From NCBI GenBank assembly GCA_963800275.1, contig CAWDAI010000006.1, forward strand, positions 207,130 to 271,129: a stretch of DNA of 64,000 nucleotides, in the 5' to 3' direction. Origin of the DNA: an uncultured Chloroflexia bacterium (lineage in GTDB: Bacteria > Chloroflexota > Limnocylindria > Limnocylindrales > CSP1-4). The notes below the pieces were generated by a model, which had not been told where the DNA came from, searched no databases, and saw only the letters and a list, made by a program, of their open reading frames with translations. Positions 36,574 to 46,869 of the stretch are shown piece by piece. Numbering within the stretch: the stretch's first letter is position 1; each line of letters starts with the position of its first letter. A program made the translations under genes and the position numbers.

Positions 36574-39052
36574 CGGGACGAATGTAGCAGGGGTCGGAGA
36601 GCGAGGTCGCGGACCTGGCGCCCGCTGGCCGGTGCACGCAGGCGGGCGACCCGACCGCGGCGAGCAGCGTGCCCGCGGAACGCGTCCGCCCGTCGAAGTC
36701 GACAGTGAGCGTGCCCCCGCGATCGGTCCGCCAGACCGATGCACCGACCGACGCCAGGCGGGCGAGCGTGGCCGGCGCGGGATGGCCATAGGGGTTGCCG
36801 GTGCCGGAGCTGATCACCGCCAGGCGCGGGCGCAGGGCCTCCAGCAGTGGCTGGCTGGTAGACGTGGCGCTGCCGTGGTGGGCGACCTTCAGCAGGTCCC
36901 AACGGTAGCGGCGCCCGGCGAGCGCTTCGAGCAGATCGGCGTCGTGGTCGTCCTCCGCGTCGCCGGTGAGCAGGATGTGCTGCTCACCGACGTGGACCGC
37001 GAGCACGATGGAGGTGCCGTTGATGGCTCGCCCGTCGGACAGGGGGCGGTCGGGCAGCAGCTCCCGCGGCGGCCACACCACCTCGATCGCCGCCTGACCC
37101 AGTCTCAGGCGATCACCGCGCAGGACCCGCGAGCGGGGGATGGACAGGCGGGCCGAGGCCGCCCGCAGCTCGAGCACACCGGCGCCCTCGCTGGGCATGC
37201 CCGTCTCGACCACTCGTCCGACCCGATAGCGTGGTGCCAACCCGGCGAGCCCACCGGCATGATCCTCATGTGGATGCGTCAGGAGCGCTGTGTCGATCCT
37301 CCTGTCCCAGGTCGGGATGCGCTCGTCGAGTCGCCGCACCAGGACGTCGGGATCGGGGCCGCCGTCGACGAGCATGCGCTCACCGTCGCGTGCCTCCAGC
37401 AGGATGGCATCGCCCTGGCCGACGTCGAGGACGCTGACCCGAAGGGCCGCCGCCGGGCCTGCCACCAGCGCCACCGAGACCGTGGCTACGAGGGTCAGCG
37501 AAAGCCCGGCCGCGACGAGCCGCCACCGGCCCCTGTGCGCGGTGGGTGGCGCCGGACCGGTAGGCGTCGGGGCCAGGGTGGTCAGCTCCGGCCGGCGGCG
37601 GCTGCGACGTGTCCGCCGGAGCACCACCACCAGGATGGCGAGGGCGACCAGCGCGCCGACGATGTCCGATGGCTCCGCCAGCTCCACATTGGCCAGGGGT
37701 ACCCGGGCGAGCAGCGACGCTCCCCGGGTCATGAGCACGAGCGGCAGCCAGGCTGCCAGCAGCAGCGGCGCGAGCAGGAGCGACAGCTGTCCGACCGCGA
37801 GGAGCGGGGCCACGACCACGCCGATCACCGCACCGAGCATGGCCAGCGGCACGACCGGCGCCACCAGCAGGTTCGCCAGCGGCGAGATGAGCGAGAGTCG
37901 ACCGAAGTGGAACAGCACCAGGGGCAGGGTCGACAGCTGAGCCGCCAGGGAGACACCCAGCGACTCGCTGAGCCAGCGCGGACCACGGTCGCGGCAGGCG
38001 CGTCGCACCGCTCGTTCGGCCGGGCCGCCCAGTGCGAGCAGGCCGGCCGTGGCGGCCATCGACAGCTGCAGGCCGATGTCCTCGATCATGCCGGGATCGG
38101 CCAGCAGGAGCCCCCAGCAGGCGAGCCCGAGGGCGGCCGCGGCGCCCGACGGCCGGCCGCCCTCGCGGGCGATGAGCACGACCCCGCCCATGACCGCCGC
38201 GCGCACGACGCTGGCGTCGGCACCGGCGAAGACGGTATAGGCCACGATGGCCGCGAGCACGATCGCGCTGCGCCAGCGCCGCCGCAGACCGGTGGCGCGC
38301 AGCAGGGCCGTGGCGATGCCCGCGACGAGCGCGATGTTCCAGCCGCTGATGGCGACCACGTGGGTCAGACCCGTGACCGTGAAGTCGTCCGCCACGGCCT
38401 GCGAGACTCGTTCGCGCAGGCCGATGAGGATGCCCGATGCGAGTCCGGCCTCGGGTTCGGGGACCGCCCGCCCCAGGGCGCCATCGACAGCCCATCGAAG
38501 CTGCTCGACCGTGGGCCCGAGGCCACTGCCGTGACCGCGCAGCTCCAGGGCATGGGCCTTGAGCGTGCCCACCGCTCCCCGGCTCTCGAGGAAGTCGGCG
38601 AAGCCTGGTGCACTTGCGGGTGGGCCCTCGACGACGCCGCGCACGTGGACGCGGTCGCCGGTCACCAGTGCCGGATGGCGAGGCAGCCAGGCGTACACGA
38701 GCCAGCCCTCGGGTCTCCCGGGCGGCTCGAGCGTGATGAAGGCGCGCTGGTCAGGCCCCTTGGGAGCGGAGACGTCGGTGACCGTGCCGTCCCATTCCGC
38801 GCTACCGGTGACGAGCGCGGGGACGACGCTCCCGGGACCGGCCAGCAGGGCCACCAGGCTGGCTCGCAGCGCGACCGTGCCGAAGGCTAGCGCAAGCGCG
38901 GCCGCGCTGCGCCGGTGAGCCACGGCCAGCACGAACGCGGCGGACAGTCCGATCGTCCCCGCGACCGCCGCCAGGGGGCCAGCATCGCGCAGGAGCAGCG
39001 CCGCCACGAGGGCGCCGATGGCCAGCCAGCCGGCGCGAGGGATCCGCTGCAT
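36038..39052 (-). CDS. comEC: DNA internalization competence protein ComEC/Rec2 (competence + metallo-beta-lactamase domains)
   Basis: Polytopic competence domain, then MBL motifs LLTHPHEDHAGG and KVAHHGS. The recognizable domain ends near TLTVDFDG (~36680), but the ORF stays open to 36038, overlapping yqeK by >500 nt; the 3' end is doubtful. Confidence 0.7.
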   Translation of the reverse strand: MQRIPRAGWLAIGALVAALLLRDAGPLAAVAGTIGLSAAFVLAVAHRRSAAALALAFGTVALRASLVALLAGPGSVVPALVTGSAEWDGTVTDVSAPKGPDQRAFITLEPPGRPEGWLVYAWLPRHPALVTGDRVHVRGVVEGPPASAPGFADFLESRGAVGTLKAHALELRGHGSGLGPTVEQLRWAVDGALGRAVPEPEAGLASGILIGLRERVSQAVADDFTVTGLTHVVAISGWNIALVAGIATALLRATGLRRRWRSAIVLAAIVAYTVFAGADASVVRAAVMGGVVLIAREGGRPSGAAAALGLACWGLLLADPGMIEDIGLQLSMAATAGLLALGGPAERAVRRACRDRGPRWLSESLGVSLAAQLSTLPLVLFHFGRLSLISPLANLLVAPVVPLAMLGAVIGVVVAPLLAVGQLSLLLAPLLLAAWLPLVLMTRGASLLARVPLANVELAEPSDIVGALVALAILVVVLRRTRRSRRRPELTTLAPTPTGPAPPTAHRGRWRLVAAGLSLTLVATVSVALVAGPAAALRVSVLDVGQGDAILLEARDGERMLVDGGPDPDVLVRRLDERIPTWDRRIDTALLTHPHEDHAGGLAGLAPRYRVGRVVETGMPSEGAGVLELRAASARLSIPRSRVLRGDRLRLGQAAIEVVWPPRELLPDRPLSDGRAINGTSIVLAVHVGEQHILLTGDAEDDHDADLLEALAGRRYRWDLLKVAHHGSATSTSQPLLEALRPRLAVISSGTGNPYGHPAPATLARLASVGASVWRTDRGGTLTVDFDGRTRSAGTLLAAVGSPACVHRPAGARSATSLSDPCYIRPDGGTNAHRGALPAPVHVTLAALAAAHDGGRRGGGLPGLSQRARRGSGGPAPGGNGRAPPRRRQGAARRPPAEGPAARRRRRRLGDRGRAPGAGPHSHRPSGHALHRSRYRALAAGRSAGGAHRDLCRQASHATGGLSGPALRALGAQASGVRGEARAGADRGAPVGGCRLRGGGDRAV

Positions 39053-39070
39053 CGGACGCGTCCCGGGGAT

Positions 39071-39772
39071 TCAGCCCGCGGTGACGAGCTCCTCGATGTC
39101 GCCGAAGACCGACTCCCCGACGAGGCCGCGGCTGCGCAGGTCGCGGATAGACTGGAAACGTCGTTCGGCGCGCGCGGCCATGATCTTGCCGGCGGTCACC
39201 GGGCCGATGCCGGGCAGCGACTCGAGCTCGCTCTGGCTGGCCGCGTTGAGATCGATCCGACCGTCGCGGGCGGCTGATCTCGGCCCCTCGCGGTCGAGAC
39301 CCAGCTCCGGTACCAGCACCTTGGCACCATCCTCCAGGCGCTGTGCCAGGTTCAGCTGCTCACTCGCGGCGACGATATCGACTCGCGGCGCGAAGCCGCC
39401 GGCCGCCTCGATGGCATCGCCCACGCGGTCGCTCGCGCGCAGGCGGTGGAGGCCCGGGCGCACGACCGCGCCGGCCACGTCGACCAGGATGTCCTCGCCG
39501 GATGGCAGGGGCTCGATCGCCGCGACCGGCGGCAGCTCGAGCGGCTCGCCGATGGCGTCGGCCGGCGGAGCGGAGCCCACCACGAGGATGAACGCCAGCA
39601 GCCCCGCGGCCAGCCCACCGATAGCGAGACCGCCCAACCCCAGCAGGAGGGGCACCAGCCACCATGCCCGCGAAGTGGGTGCCGGCTCGTCACCGGGGCG
39701 TGCGGAGGCGGCTTCAGGGCCCGCCGGTGTCTCGGAGGAGAAGGACCGCCACGGTGGCGTGGCTTGGTTCAA
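39071..39772 (-). CDS. comEA: Competence protein ComEA (helix-hairpin-helix DNA-binding)
   Basis: N-terminal TM. C-terminal RIDLNAASQSELESLPGIGPVTAGKIMAARAERRFQSIRDL, the ComEA HhH signature. Confidence 0.8.
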   Translation of the reverse strand: MNQATPPWRSFSSETPAGPEAASARPGDEPAPTSRAWWLVPLLLGLGGLAIGGLAAGLLAFILVVGSAPPADAIGEPLELPPVAAIEPLPSGEDILVDVAGAVVRPGLHRLRASDRVGDAIEAAGGFAPRVDIVAASEQLNLAQRLEDGAKVLVPELGLDREGPRSAARDGRIDLNAASQSELESLPGIGPVTAGKIMAARAERRFQSIRDLRSRGLVGESVFGDIEELVTAG

Positions 39773-39971
39773 GGGTTCGCTCCAGCCGGCGGGCGGAAGC
39801 GGCGGGTATCGGTTCGGCGGGCCGTTCGGCGGTCACGACCCGGTTTCGGCGGATCGCTGGCGAACGGGAGCGCCTCGGGCACCGTGGCCGGTCATGCGGT
39901 CGGGCCCGATGGCGCGAGCACAGGCTAGCCAGGTCGCCTTGCGGCTCCCTGGCCCGTGCCTTGGCCGCGAC

Positions 39972-40961
39972 TTAGATGTAGTCCTCGAGCTGTGGACGGA
40001 CCTCGGTCGCCAGGCGCCGCATGGTCTCGTCGTCGTAGGGCGGCGGGAAGCCGCAGATGAGATGGCGATAGCCCGCGTCGACGTAGGGCTTGAGCTGCTC
40101 GAAGACCTCGTCGGGGTTGCCCGCGATGATGCGTTCCGAGCCGACGCCGGCGGAACCGGGGCGCTCCTCGTCATCGACCGCCCCACCGTTGTGTTCCAGC
40201 AGCTCCGCCTCCCGTGCCAGGGCCGCTTCGCGCGTGTCGCGGATGACCACGCGCTGGAGCTCGACGGTACGCTCGATCTGCTTCTCGTCGCGCCCCAGGC
40301 GCTCGCAGTGCTCGCGCAGGATGGCGTCCGACTTGATCAGCGGCTCGACCGGGTTGCCGAGGTTGTTCATGTCCGCGTACTGGGCCACCAGCCGCAGGGT
40401 CACCTTGGGCCCGGAGCCGCCGATGAGGATGGGGATGTGCTTCTGCACCGGCGCCGGCAGGTTGAGCACGTCATGGAAGTCGTAGCGGTCGCCCTCTGCC
40501 GACGACGGTCGCTTGCCCGCGAGCATGCCCGTGATGATCTGCAGCGATTGCTCCAGCCAGCGCAGGCGGGTTCCGGGGCGGTCGCCGAACTCGATGCCGA
40601 AGCCGGTGTGCTCCGGCTCCATCCAGGCGGCCCCGATACCGAGCACCGCGCGGCCGTGGCTGATGTGATCGATGGTGCTGATCATCTTGGCCACCAGGCC
40701 CGGATTGCGGAAGGTATTGGCGGTCACGAGATGGCCGATGGTGGCGCGCTTCGTCTGCGCCGCCACCGCCGCCATGGCCGTGTACGTCTCCAGGGCCGGG
40801 CCTTCCCACGAGCCCACGATGGGATAGACGTGATCCCAGGTGAAGAGGGAGTCGTAGCCCAGGTCCTCCGCCTGCAGCATGCCCTCGAGGAAGCGGGGCC
40901 ACTCCACGTACTGGTTCCAGAGGTTGGCACCGAGCTTGATCGGTGCGTTCATGTTCGGCAT
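39972..40961 (-). CDS. LLM-class (luciferase-like) flavin/F420-dependent oxidoreductase, paralog 1
   Basis: MPNMNAPIKLGANLWNQ...LFTWDHVYPIVGS...GRAVLGIGAAWMEPEH...PILIGGSGPKVTLRLVAQYADMNN. Confidence 0.8.
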   Translation of the reverse strand: MPNMNAPIKLGANLWNQYVEWPRFLEGMLQAEDLGYDSLFTWDHVYPIVGSWEGPALETYTAMAAVAAQTKRATIGHLVTANTFRNPGLVAKMISTIDHISHGRAVLGIGAAWMEPEHTGFGIEFGDRPGTRLRWLEQSLQIITGMLAGKRPSSAEGDRYDFHDVLNLPAPVQKHIPILIGGSGPKVTLRLVAQYADMNNLGNPVEPLIKSDAILREHCERLGRDEKQIERTVELQRVVIRDTREAALAREAELLEHNGGAVDDEERPGSAGVGSERIIAGNPDEVFEQLKPYVDAGYRHLICGFPPPYDDETMRRLATEVRPQLEDYI

Positions 40962-40987
40962 CGGTCGCTCCTTCCTGCTGTGGCCGC

Positions 40988-41944
40988 TCAGGCCGCGAGA
41001 TGGGCTTCGAGCGCCGGGCGGACCTCGGTCGCGATCCGCTCGGCGGTCTGCTGGTCGTACGGCGGGGGGAAGCCGAAGATGAGGTGTCGGTAGCCGACGT
41101 CGAGGTAGGGCTTGCAGTGCTCGATCACCTGCGCGACCGTGCCCACGGGCATACCCGTGGGCACCTTGGCCTCGCCGTTGTCGGCAAACATGTCGGCCAG
41201 GACCGTGTAGGCCTCCTCGCGACTGTCGCGGATGATGGGGATGCCCACGCCGACGGTGCGCTCGACCGTCTTCTCGTCACGGCCGAGGTCCTCGCAGTGG
41301 CCCACCAGGTGGGCGTCCTTCTCGGGCAGTTCCTTGGCCCCGCCGCCGAGGTTGTTCATATCCGCGTACTCCGCCACCAGGCGCAGCGTGACCTTGGGCC
41401 CGGAGCCGCCGATGAGGATGGGCAGGTGCGACTGCACGGGTGCCGGCAGGTTGAGGGCCGCGTTGGTGATGTAGCGGCCGCCGGTCGAGGGTTCCTCGCC
41501 GTCGAGCATGGCGCGCATGATGGGCAGGGCTGCCCGCAGCCAGCGCAGGCGTTCAGGCGGACCGTCGCCGAACTCGATGCCGAAGGCCTTGTGCTCGGTC
41601 TCGAACCAGGCGGCCCCGATACCGAGCACCGCGCGACCACCGCTGATGTGGTCGAGCGTGGTCACCATCTTGGCCACCAGCGCGGGGTTGCGGAAGGTAT
41701 TGGCACCGACGAGCAGGCCGATGGTCGCGCGCTCGGTGGTGCCCGCCACCGCCGCCATGGCCGTGTACGCCTCGAGGATCGGCCCCTTGTGCGATCCGAC
41801 GATGGGATAGAGGTGATCCCACGTCCAGATGGAGTCGAAGCCGAGTCGGTCTGCGCGCTGCTGTGCCGCCAGGAACGAGTCCCAGTCGGTGTACTGGTTC
41901 CAGTTGTTGATGCCCAACTTCAGCGGGGCGCTCATGTCCGGCAT
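40988..41944 (-). CDS. LLM-class flavin/F420-dependent oxidoreductase, paralog 2
   Basis: Start MPDMSAPLKLGINNW by analogy with paralog 1. ~60% identical to paralog 1 by eye (IWTWDHLYPIVGS, GRAVLGIGAAWFETEH). Confidence 0.8.
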   Translation of the reverse strand: MPDMSAPLKLGINNWNQYTDWDSFLAAQQRADRLGFDSIWTWDHLYPIVGSHKGPILEAYTAMAAVAGTTERATIGLLVGANTFRNPALVAKMVTTLDHISGGRAVLGIGAAWFETEHKAFGIEFGDGPPERLRWLRAALPIMRAMLDGEEPSTGGRYITNAALNLPAPVQSHLPILIGGSGPKVTLRLVAEYADMNNLGGGAKELPEKDAHLVGHCEDLGRDEKTVERTVGVGIPIIRDSREEAYTVLADMFADNGEAKVPTGMPVGTVAQVIEHCKPYLDVGYRHLIFGFPPPYDQQTAERIATEVRPALEAHLAA

Positions 41945-41963
41945 GTCTGTCCTGTCCTTCCTT

Positions 41964-42926
41964 TCAGCGGTTGATGAGGGCTTCGAGTCGGGGGCGCACC
42001 TCATTGGCCATGCGCACCATCGTCTCCTCGTCATAGGGCGCCGGCCAGTAGAAGACCAGGTGGTGGTAGCCCAGCTCCACGTAGCGGGCGAGCCACTCGA
42101 AGACGTCCTCCGGCGTGCCTGTAGGCTGGTTCTTCCAGGGGGCCGAGCCCTGCGCTGCGAAGAGGTCGTCGCGATCCTTGAAGGCCTGGGCCCGAGAGTC
42201 TCGGATGGTGGGCGCGCCCACGTCGATGGAACGCTCGATGGTGCGCTCATCACGCCCGACCGCCTGGCAGTGCTCGATCAGGATGGCGTCCTTGGCGGCG
42301 ACGTTGGAGGGCGAGCCACCGATGTTACAGATGTCGGCGTATTCCGCCACCAGCCGCAGGGTGACCTTGGGGCCCGAGCCACCGATGAGCAGCGGCATGT
42401 GCTCCTGGAGGGGCGGCGGCTCGTTGTAGGCGTGCTTGATGGCGTAGTGGGGGCCACTCGAGCTGGGGGTGGTGCCGTCGAGCATGCCGCGCATGACCGG
42501 AAGGGCCTCCTTGAGCCAGCGCAGGCGCTCGCCGGGACCGGAACCGAACGCGAAACCGAAACCTTCGTGCTCGTGCTCAGCCCAGCCGGCGCCCACGCCG
42601 AGGATGGCCCGACCCTCGCTGATGTGGTCGATGGTCGTGATGATCTTGGTCAGCATGGCCGGGTTGCGATAGGTATTCGAGGCCACCATCACGCTGATCG
42701 AAGCCCGCGACGTGACCTCCGCGATCGCGGACATGGCCGTGAAGGCCTCGAAGATGGGCCCGTCCGAGGGCTTGTTGGGCGGATAGATGTGGTCCATCGT
42801 CCAGAGCGACTCGTAGCCAAGCTCCTCGGCCCGCAGGTGAGCCGCCTTGAAAGCGGGCCAATCGGTGTACTGGTTCCAGATGTCGGCGCCTAGCTTGAGG
42901 GGCGCGGTCAGGTCGGGCATCGTCAC
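41964..42926 (-). CDS. LLM-class flavin/F420-dependent oxidoreductase, paralog 3
   Basis: MTMPDLTAPLKLGADIWNQYTDW...LWTMDHIYPP...GRAILGVGAGWAEHEH...PLLIGGSGPKVTLRLVAEYADICN. Confidence 0.8.
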   Translation of the reverse strand: MTMPDLTAPLKLGADIWNQYTDWPAFKAAHLRAEELGYESLWTMDHIYPPNKPSDGPIFEAFTAMSAIAEVTSRASISVMVASNTYRNPAMLTKIITTIDHISEGRAILGVGAGWAEHEHEGFGFAFGSGPGERLRWLKEALPVMRGMLDGTTPSSSGPHYAIKHAYNEPPPLQEHMPLLIGGSGPKVTLRLVAEYADICNIGGSPSNVAAKDAILIEHCQAVGRDERTIERSIDVGAPTIRDSRAQAFKDRDDLFAAQGSAPWKNQPTGTPEDVFEWLARYVELGYHHLVFYWPAPYDEETMVRMANEVRPRLEALINR

Positions 42927-43066
42927 TTCACGCGTGCGGTTCGGGACCGCATCAGGCTAGCGCACCGGTCGCCAGCGGGTCGCTGGTGGCCCTACGGCAG
43001 CTCCCCGTCGAGGTAGACCCAGGCCGTGTCCTCGCCCACGCCATCCCAGCCCATGCCGACCGTCCT

Positions 43067-45661
43067 TCAGCGCACGACGATGTTGACGAGGCGTCCCCCG
43101 ACATGGATGACCTTGACGATCTGCTTGCCCTCGAGGTTGGCCTGCACCCTGGGTTGCGCCATGACGATGGCCTCCAGCTCGTCTTGCGCCAACCCCGGCG
43201 CGACCAGCACCTTGTCGCGCAGCTTGCCGTTGATCTGGACCGGCAGCTCCACCATCTCTGCTGCCACCAGCGCCTCGTCGAACGCCGGCCACGACTCGGT
43301 ATGGATCGAGCGCCATCCTGCCCCACGCGCCTCCAGCCGCCGCGACCACAGCTCCTCGGCGATATGCGGCGCCTCCGGCGCCAGCATCAGCAGGAGCAGG
43401 CTGACCGCCTCGTCATAGGCGGGTGTCGCCGCCGCGGGCGTGCCGCGGTGCTTCATGAGCGTGTTGGTCAGCTCCATGAGCTTGGCCACGATGGTGTTCC
43501 AGCGGAAGCCCGCCTGGTCCGCGGTGACGCCCGCCAGGGTCTTGTGCGCGGCCACGCGCAGCGCCTTCTCCGCCGCCGCGAGATCCTGGCCGCCCGGCAG
43601 CGCGCCGGCTTCGGAGTCGCCGGGTTCCCGGCCGTGTGGGTCCAGCGAGACGGTCCAGACGCGCCGCAGGAAGCGGTTGATGCCCTCGATGCCTTGCGGG
43701 TTCCACGGGCCACCCTGGTCCCACGGCCCCATGAACATGAGGAACAAGCGGACCGTGTCCGCACCATAGCGCGAGACGAGCTCGTCGGGATCTTGCACGT
43801 TGCCGCGCGACTTGGACATGCGTTCACCATCGGCGCCCAGGATCTGACCCTGGTTGAAGAGGCGCTTGAAGGGTTCGCGCGCGCTGGTCACGCCGATGTC
43901 GTTGAGGGCCTTGGCGAAGAAGCGGCTGTAGAGCAGGTGCATGACCGCGTGCTCCGCGCCACCGGTGTACTGGTCGACCGGCGTCCAGCGGGCCGCGAGG
44001 TCCTTGTCGATGGCCACGTCGTCCGCGTGCGGCGAGAGGTATCGCCAGTAGTACCAGGAGCTGTCCACGAACGTGTCCATGGTGTCGGTCTCGCGCCGGG
44101 CAGGAGCGCCGCAGCGGGGGCAGGTCGTGTGCAGGAACGATTCGTTCGTCTCGAGTGGGTTGCCGCCGCCCTCCGGGTAGCTGAAGTCGTCCGGCAGCAG
44201 CACCGGCAGGTCGTTCTCCGGCACCGGCACGATCCCGCACTCGGCCGAGCAGTAGACGGCGGGGATGGGCGTACCCCACGCCCGCTGGCGGCTGATGAGC
44301 CAGTCGCGGATGCGATAGGTGACCGCGGCCTCGCCCTGGCCACTGGCCTCGAGGTCCTGCACGATGGCCGCGAACCCCTCCGCCCAGGGCAGGCCGCTGT
44401 AGGGCCCCGAGTTCACCAGCCGAGCCCGCTCATCCTTGGCCGGGTAGGCCTCGTCGAGTGGCGCATCGTCGGCGTCATCGGGTCCGGCCACCACGCGCCT
44501 GATCGGGATGTCGAACTTGCGCGCGAACGCGAAGTCACGCTCATCGTGCGCGGGCACGGCCATGATGGCGCCGGTGCCATAGCTCGAGAGCACATAGTCG
44601 GCGATCCAGATGGGGATGCGTTCGCCGTTGACGGGGTTGATGGCGTCCGCGCCGAGGGGCACGCCGGTCTTCTCGCGCTCGGTCGAGAGCCGCTCGATCT
44701 CCGTCTGTCGACGAGCGGCGGTGATGTAGGTCTCGACGGCCTCCCGCTGTGTCGGGGCCGTCAGCTCGGCGACCAGTGGATGCTCCGGCGCGAGCACCAT
44801 GAAGGTCGCGCCATAGAGGGTGTCTGGTCGGGTCGTGAAGACGCGCAGCTCCTCGCCGCCCGCGTGATGGTCTGACGGAGCGGTGTGGAAGGTGATGTCG
44901 GCACCCTCGCTGCGGCCGATCCAGTTGGTCTGCATCAGGCGCACGGGCTCGGGCCAGTCGAGACCCTCGAAGGAGAGCAGCTCGTCCGCGTAGCGGGTGA
45001 TGCGGAAGAACCACTGCTCCAGGTCGCGCTTGACGACCGGGGTCCCGCAACGCCAGCAGACGCGATCGACACCCTCCACCTGCTCTCGCGCGAGCACCAC
45101 CTGGTCTTTGGGGCACCAGTCGACCGGCGCCATCTGGCGGTAGGCCAGTCCGGCCTTGAGGAACTGCAGGAAGATCCACTGGTTCCACTTGTAGTACTCG
45201 GGCTGGCAGGTGACGACCTCCGCCGACCAGTCGAAGGTGGCGCCCATCGTACGCAGCTGGCGGCGCATGTTGGCGATGTTCTTCATGGTCCACTCGGCCG
45301 GGTGGACGCCGCTCTTGATGGCCGCGTTCTCCGCCGGCAGCCCGAAGGCGTCGAAGCCGATGGGGAAGAAGACGTTGTCGCCGTTCATGCGCCGATAGCG
45401 GCTGATGGCATCCGAGGGCGTGGTGATGTACCAGTGGCCGATGTGCAGGTCGCCCGATGGGTAGGGGTACATCGTGAGCAGGTAGTAGTCGGGCTTGCCG
45501 GTCGCATCGAGGTCGGTGTGGTGGAGCCCGAGCTCTTCCCAGCGCTGCTGCCAGCGAGGCTCGATCGTGGACGCGTCGTAGCGATCGATCGTGGAACGCT
45601 CAGCTGAGCCGTCGGCGTGTTGCGCGCCGCCGGCTGGGCCGTCCTGGACGGGGCTGCTCAT
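43067..45661 (-). CDS. leuS: Leucine--tRNA ligase
   Basis: Start MSSPVQDG at ~45661. [11 protein letters not shown] (HIGH motif). KMSKS motif (ERMSKSRGN). CP1 editing-domain hallmarks. 864 aa. Confidence 0.95.
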   Translation of the reverse strand: MSSPVQDGPAGGAQHADGSAERSTIDRYDASTIEPRWQQRWEELGLHHTDLDATGKPDYYLLTMYPYPSGDLHIGHWYITTPSDAISRYRRMNGDNVFFPIGFDAFGLPAENAAIKSGVHPAEWTMKNIANMRRQLRTMGATFDWSAEVVTCQPEYYKWNQWIFLQFLKAGLAYRQMAPVDWCPKDQVVLAREQVEGVDRVCWRCGTPVVKRDLEQWFFRITRYADELLSFEGLDWPEPVRLMQTNWIGRSEGADITFHTAPSDHHAGGEELRVFTTRPDTLYGATFMVLAPEHPLVAELTAPTQREAVETYITAARRQTEIERLSTEREKTGVPLGADAINPVNGERIPIWIADYVLSSYGTGAIMAVPAHDERDFAFARKFDIPIRRVVAGPDDADDAPLDEAYPAKDERARLVNSGPYSGLPWAEGFAAIVQDLEASGQGEAAVTYRIRDWLISRQRAWGTPIPAVYCSAECGIVPVPENDLPVLLPDDFSYPEGGGNPLETNESFLHTTCPRCGAPARRETDTMDTFVDSSWYYWRYLSPHADDVAIDKDLAARWTPVDQYTGGAEHAVMHLLYSRFFAKALNDIGVTSAREPFKRLFNQGQILGADGERMSKSRGNVQDPDELVSRYGADTVRLFLMFMGPWDQGGPWNPQGIEGINRFLRRVWTVSLDPHGREPGDSEAGALPGGQDLAAAEKALRVAAHKTLAGVTADQAGFRWNTIVAKLMELTNTLMKHRGTPAAATPAYDEAVSLLLLMLAPEAPHIAEELWSRRLEARGAGWRSIHTESWPAFDEALVAAEMVELPVQINGKLRDKVLVAPGLAQDELEAIVMAQPRVQANLEGKQIVKVIHVGGRLVNIVVR

Positions 45662-45733
45662 GCGTGGATCCTCACCGATGTCTGGCCGTGCGGGCCGGCC
45701 GAGCTGTGGTTCCGGGCTGGGCCGGAATGACAA

Positions 45734-45756
45734 GACCCCCGTCGGTGACGGGGGTC
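45734..45756 (-). terminator. Hairpin downstream of tRNA-Ala(GGC)
   Basis: Near-perfect inverted repeat GACCCCCGTC-ggt-GACGGGGGTC. On the minus strand it is followed by TTGTCATTCC. Confidence 0.4.
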
Positions 45757-45771
45757 CGCGTTGGGGTCGGG

Positions 45772-45847
45772 TGGTGGAGCGACGGGGACTTGAACCCCGG
45801 ACCTTCTGCATGCCATGCAGATGCTCTCCCAGCTGAGCTATCGCCCC
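45772..45847 (-). tRNA. tRNA-Ala (anticodon GGC), CCA encoded
   Basis: Reverse complement GGGGCGATAGCTCAGCTGGGAGAGCATCTGCATGGCATGCAGAAGGTCCGGGGTTCAAGTCCCCGTCGCTCCACCA. G3:U70 Ala identity pair. Anticodon loop AT-GGC-AT. T-loop GGTTCAAGTCC. Confidence 0.85.
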
Positions 45848-45869
45848 GTGCGGCGCATCATACCGAATC

Positions 45870-46592
45870 ATGGCAAACCCCGCGACCACTCGCCATCCGT
45901 ACATGGTGCGCCGCTCCGACCGCGCTCGGCGGGCACGGGTGATGGTGGACCGTGAAGGCCGGACGGTCGTGGTCCTGCCGCGCCGATGGCCGCTCGTCGA
46001 AGCCGAGCGGCTGGTGGCCCGGCACGCGGCCTGGATCGAGCGTCACGTCTCGCGGATCACGATCGTCCAGGCGAGGCTCGGCACACGTCCGACGCTGGGG
46101 GAGGGGCGGGTCCTGAGCGTGGCCGGTGAGACGCTGCGGGTATCGGTGGTCGACGGCGTGTCCGCTCGCCCGGCGCGCGGCCGAGTGGAGGCGGTGCCCG
46201 GGGGCCTGGTGGTGCGGCTGGGCCGGGACGGACGCGACACGGCGGCGGTGCTCGAGCCCTGGCTGCGAGTCCGGGCACGGGAGGTGCTCCAGGCCCGGGT
46301 CGCGGCGCGGGCGGCCGAGATGGAGGTGCTGCCGGGACGCCTGACGATCCGCGACCAGACCAGCCGCTGGGCGTCGGCATCGGCGAGCGGATCGCTCTCG
46401 TTCAGCTGGCGGCTGGTGCTGGCGCCGCCGTTCGTGCTCGATGCGGTCGTGGTCCACGAGCTCGCACACCTGCGCATCCGCAACCATTCGCGACGCTTCT
46501 GGGAGCTGGTCGAGCGGTACGCGCCGCGCACCGCGGAGGCGCGTCGGTGGCTGCGCGAACATGCCCCCGAGCTGCGCGCGGCCCTGGACTAA
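45870..46592 (+). CDS. YgjP-like metal-dependent hydrolase (DUF45/WLM-type, HExxH)
   Basis: C-terminal [18 protein letters not shown] (HExxH...NHS) signature of the YgjP/DUF45 family. Confidence 0.75.
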   Translation: MANPATTRHPYMVRRSDRARRARVMVDREGRTVVVLPRRWPLVEAERLVARHAAWIERHVSRITIVQARLGTRPTLGEGRVLSVAGETLRVSVVDGVSARPARGRVEAVPGGLVVRLGRDGRDTAAVLEPWLRVRAREVLQARVAARAAEMEVLPGRLTIRDQTSRWASASASGSLSFSWRLVLAPPFVLDAVVVHELAHLRIRNHSRRFWELVERYAPRTAEARRWLREHAPELRAALD

Positions 46593-46869
46593 AGGAGTGT
46601 CCGGAGGTTCGCCGGTCCTCTAAGTGCCAGCCAGCGGACTTGCGCTGCTGGCCTATGGACTCGAGGTGCCGGCCAGCGGACGCACGCGGATGCGGCGCAG
46701 GTGTGCATGCGGGGCACACCCGCGTCGGGTCAGGCCCATGCCGGCGTCCCGGATCTGGCGGACGTGCCTGTCTGGCACATCACGGACGATGACGTGCCCA
46801 AGGCCGGCATTTGCGTGTCTGGCACGCACGGCATCCCTCCAGCAGATCCCGCCAGCCCTGCGGTGTGAC

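Noticed and set aside
36497-38890. 797-aa + strand ORF
   Set aside because: Antisense to comEC. Arg/Gly-rich. Shadow ORF.
42986-44875. 629-aa + strand ORF
   Set aside because: Antisense to leuS. Shadow ORF.
46740-46830. Two TGGCAC elements suggestive of sigma-54 promoters
   Set aside because: The -12 element (TTGCW) is not present at the correct spacing in either copy, and no appropriately placed downstream gene exists. Kept only as a low-interest repeat note.
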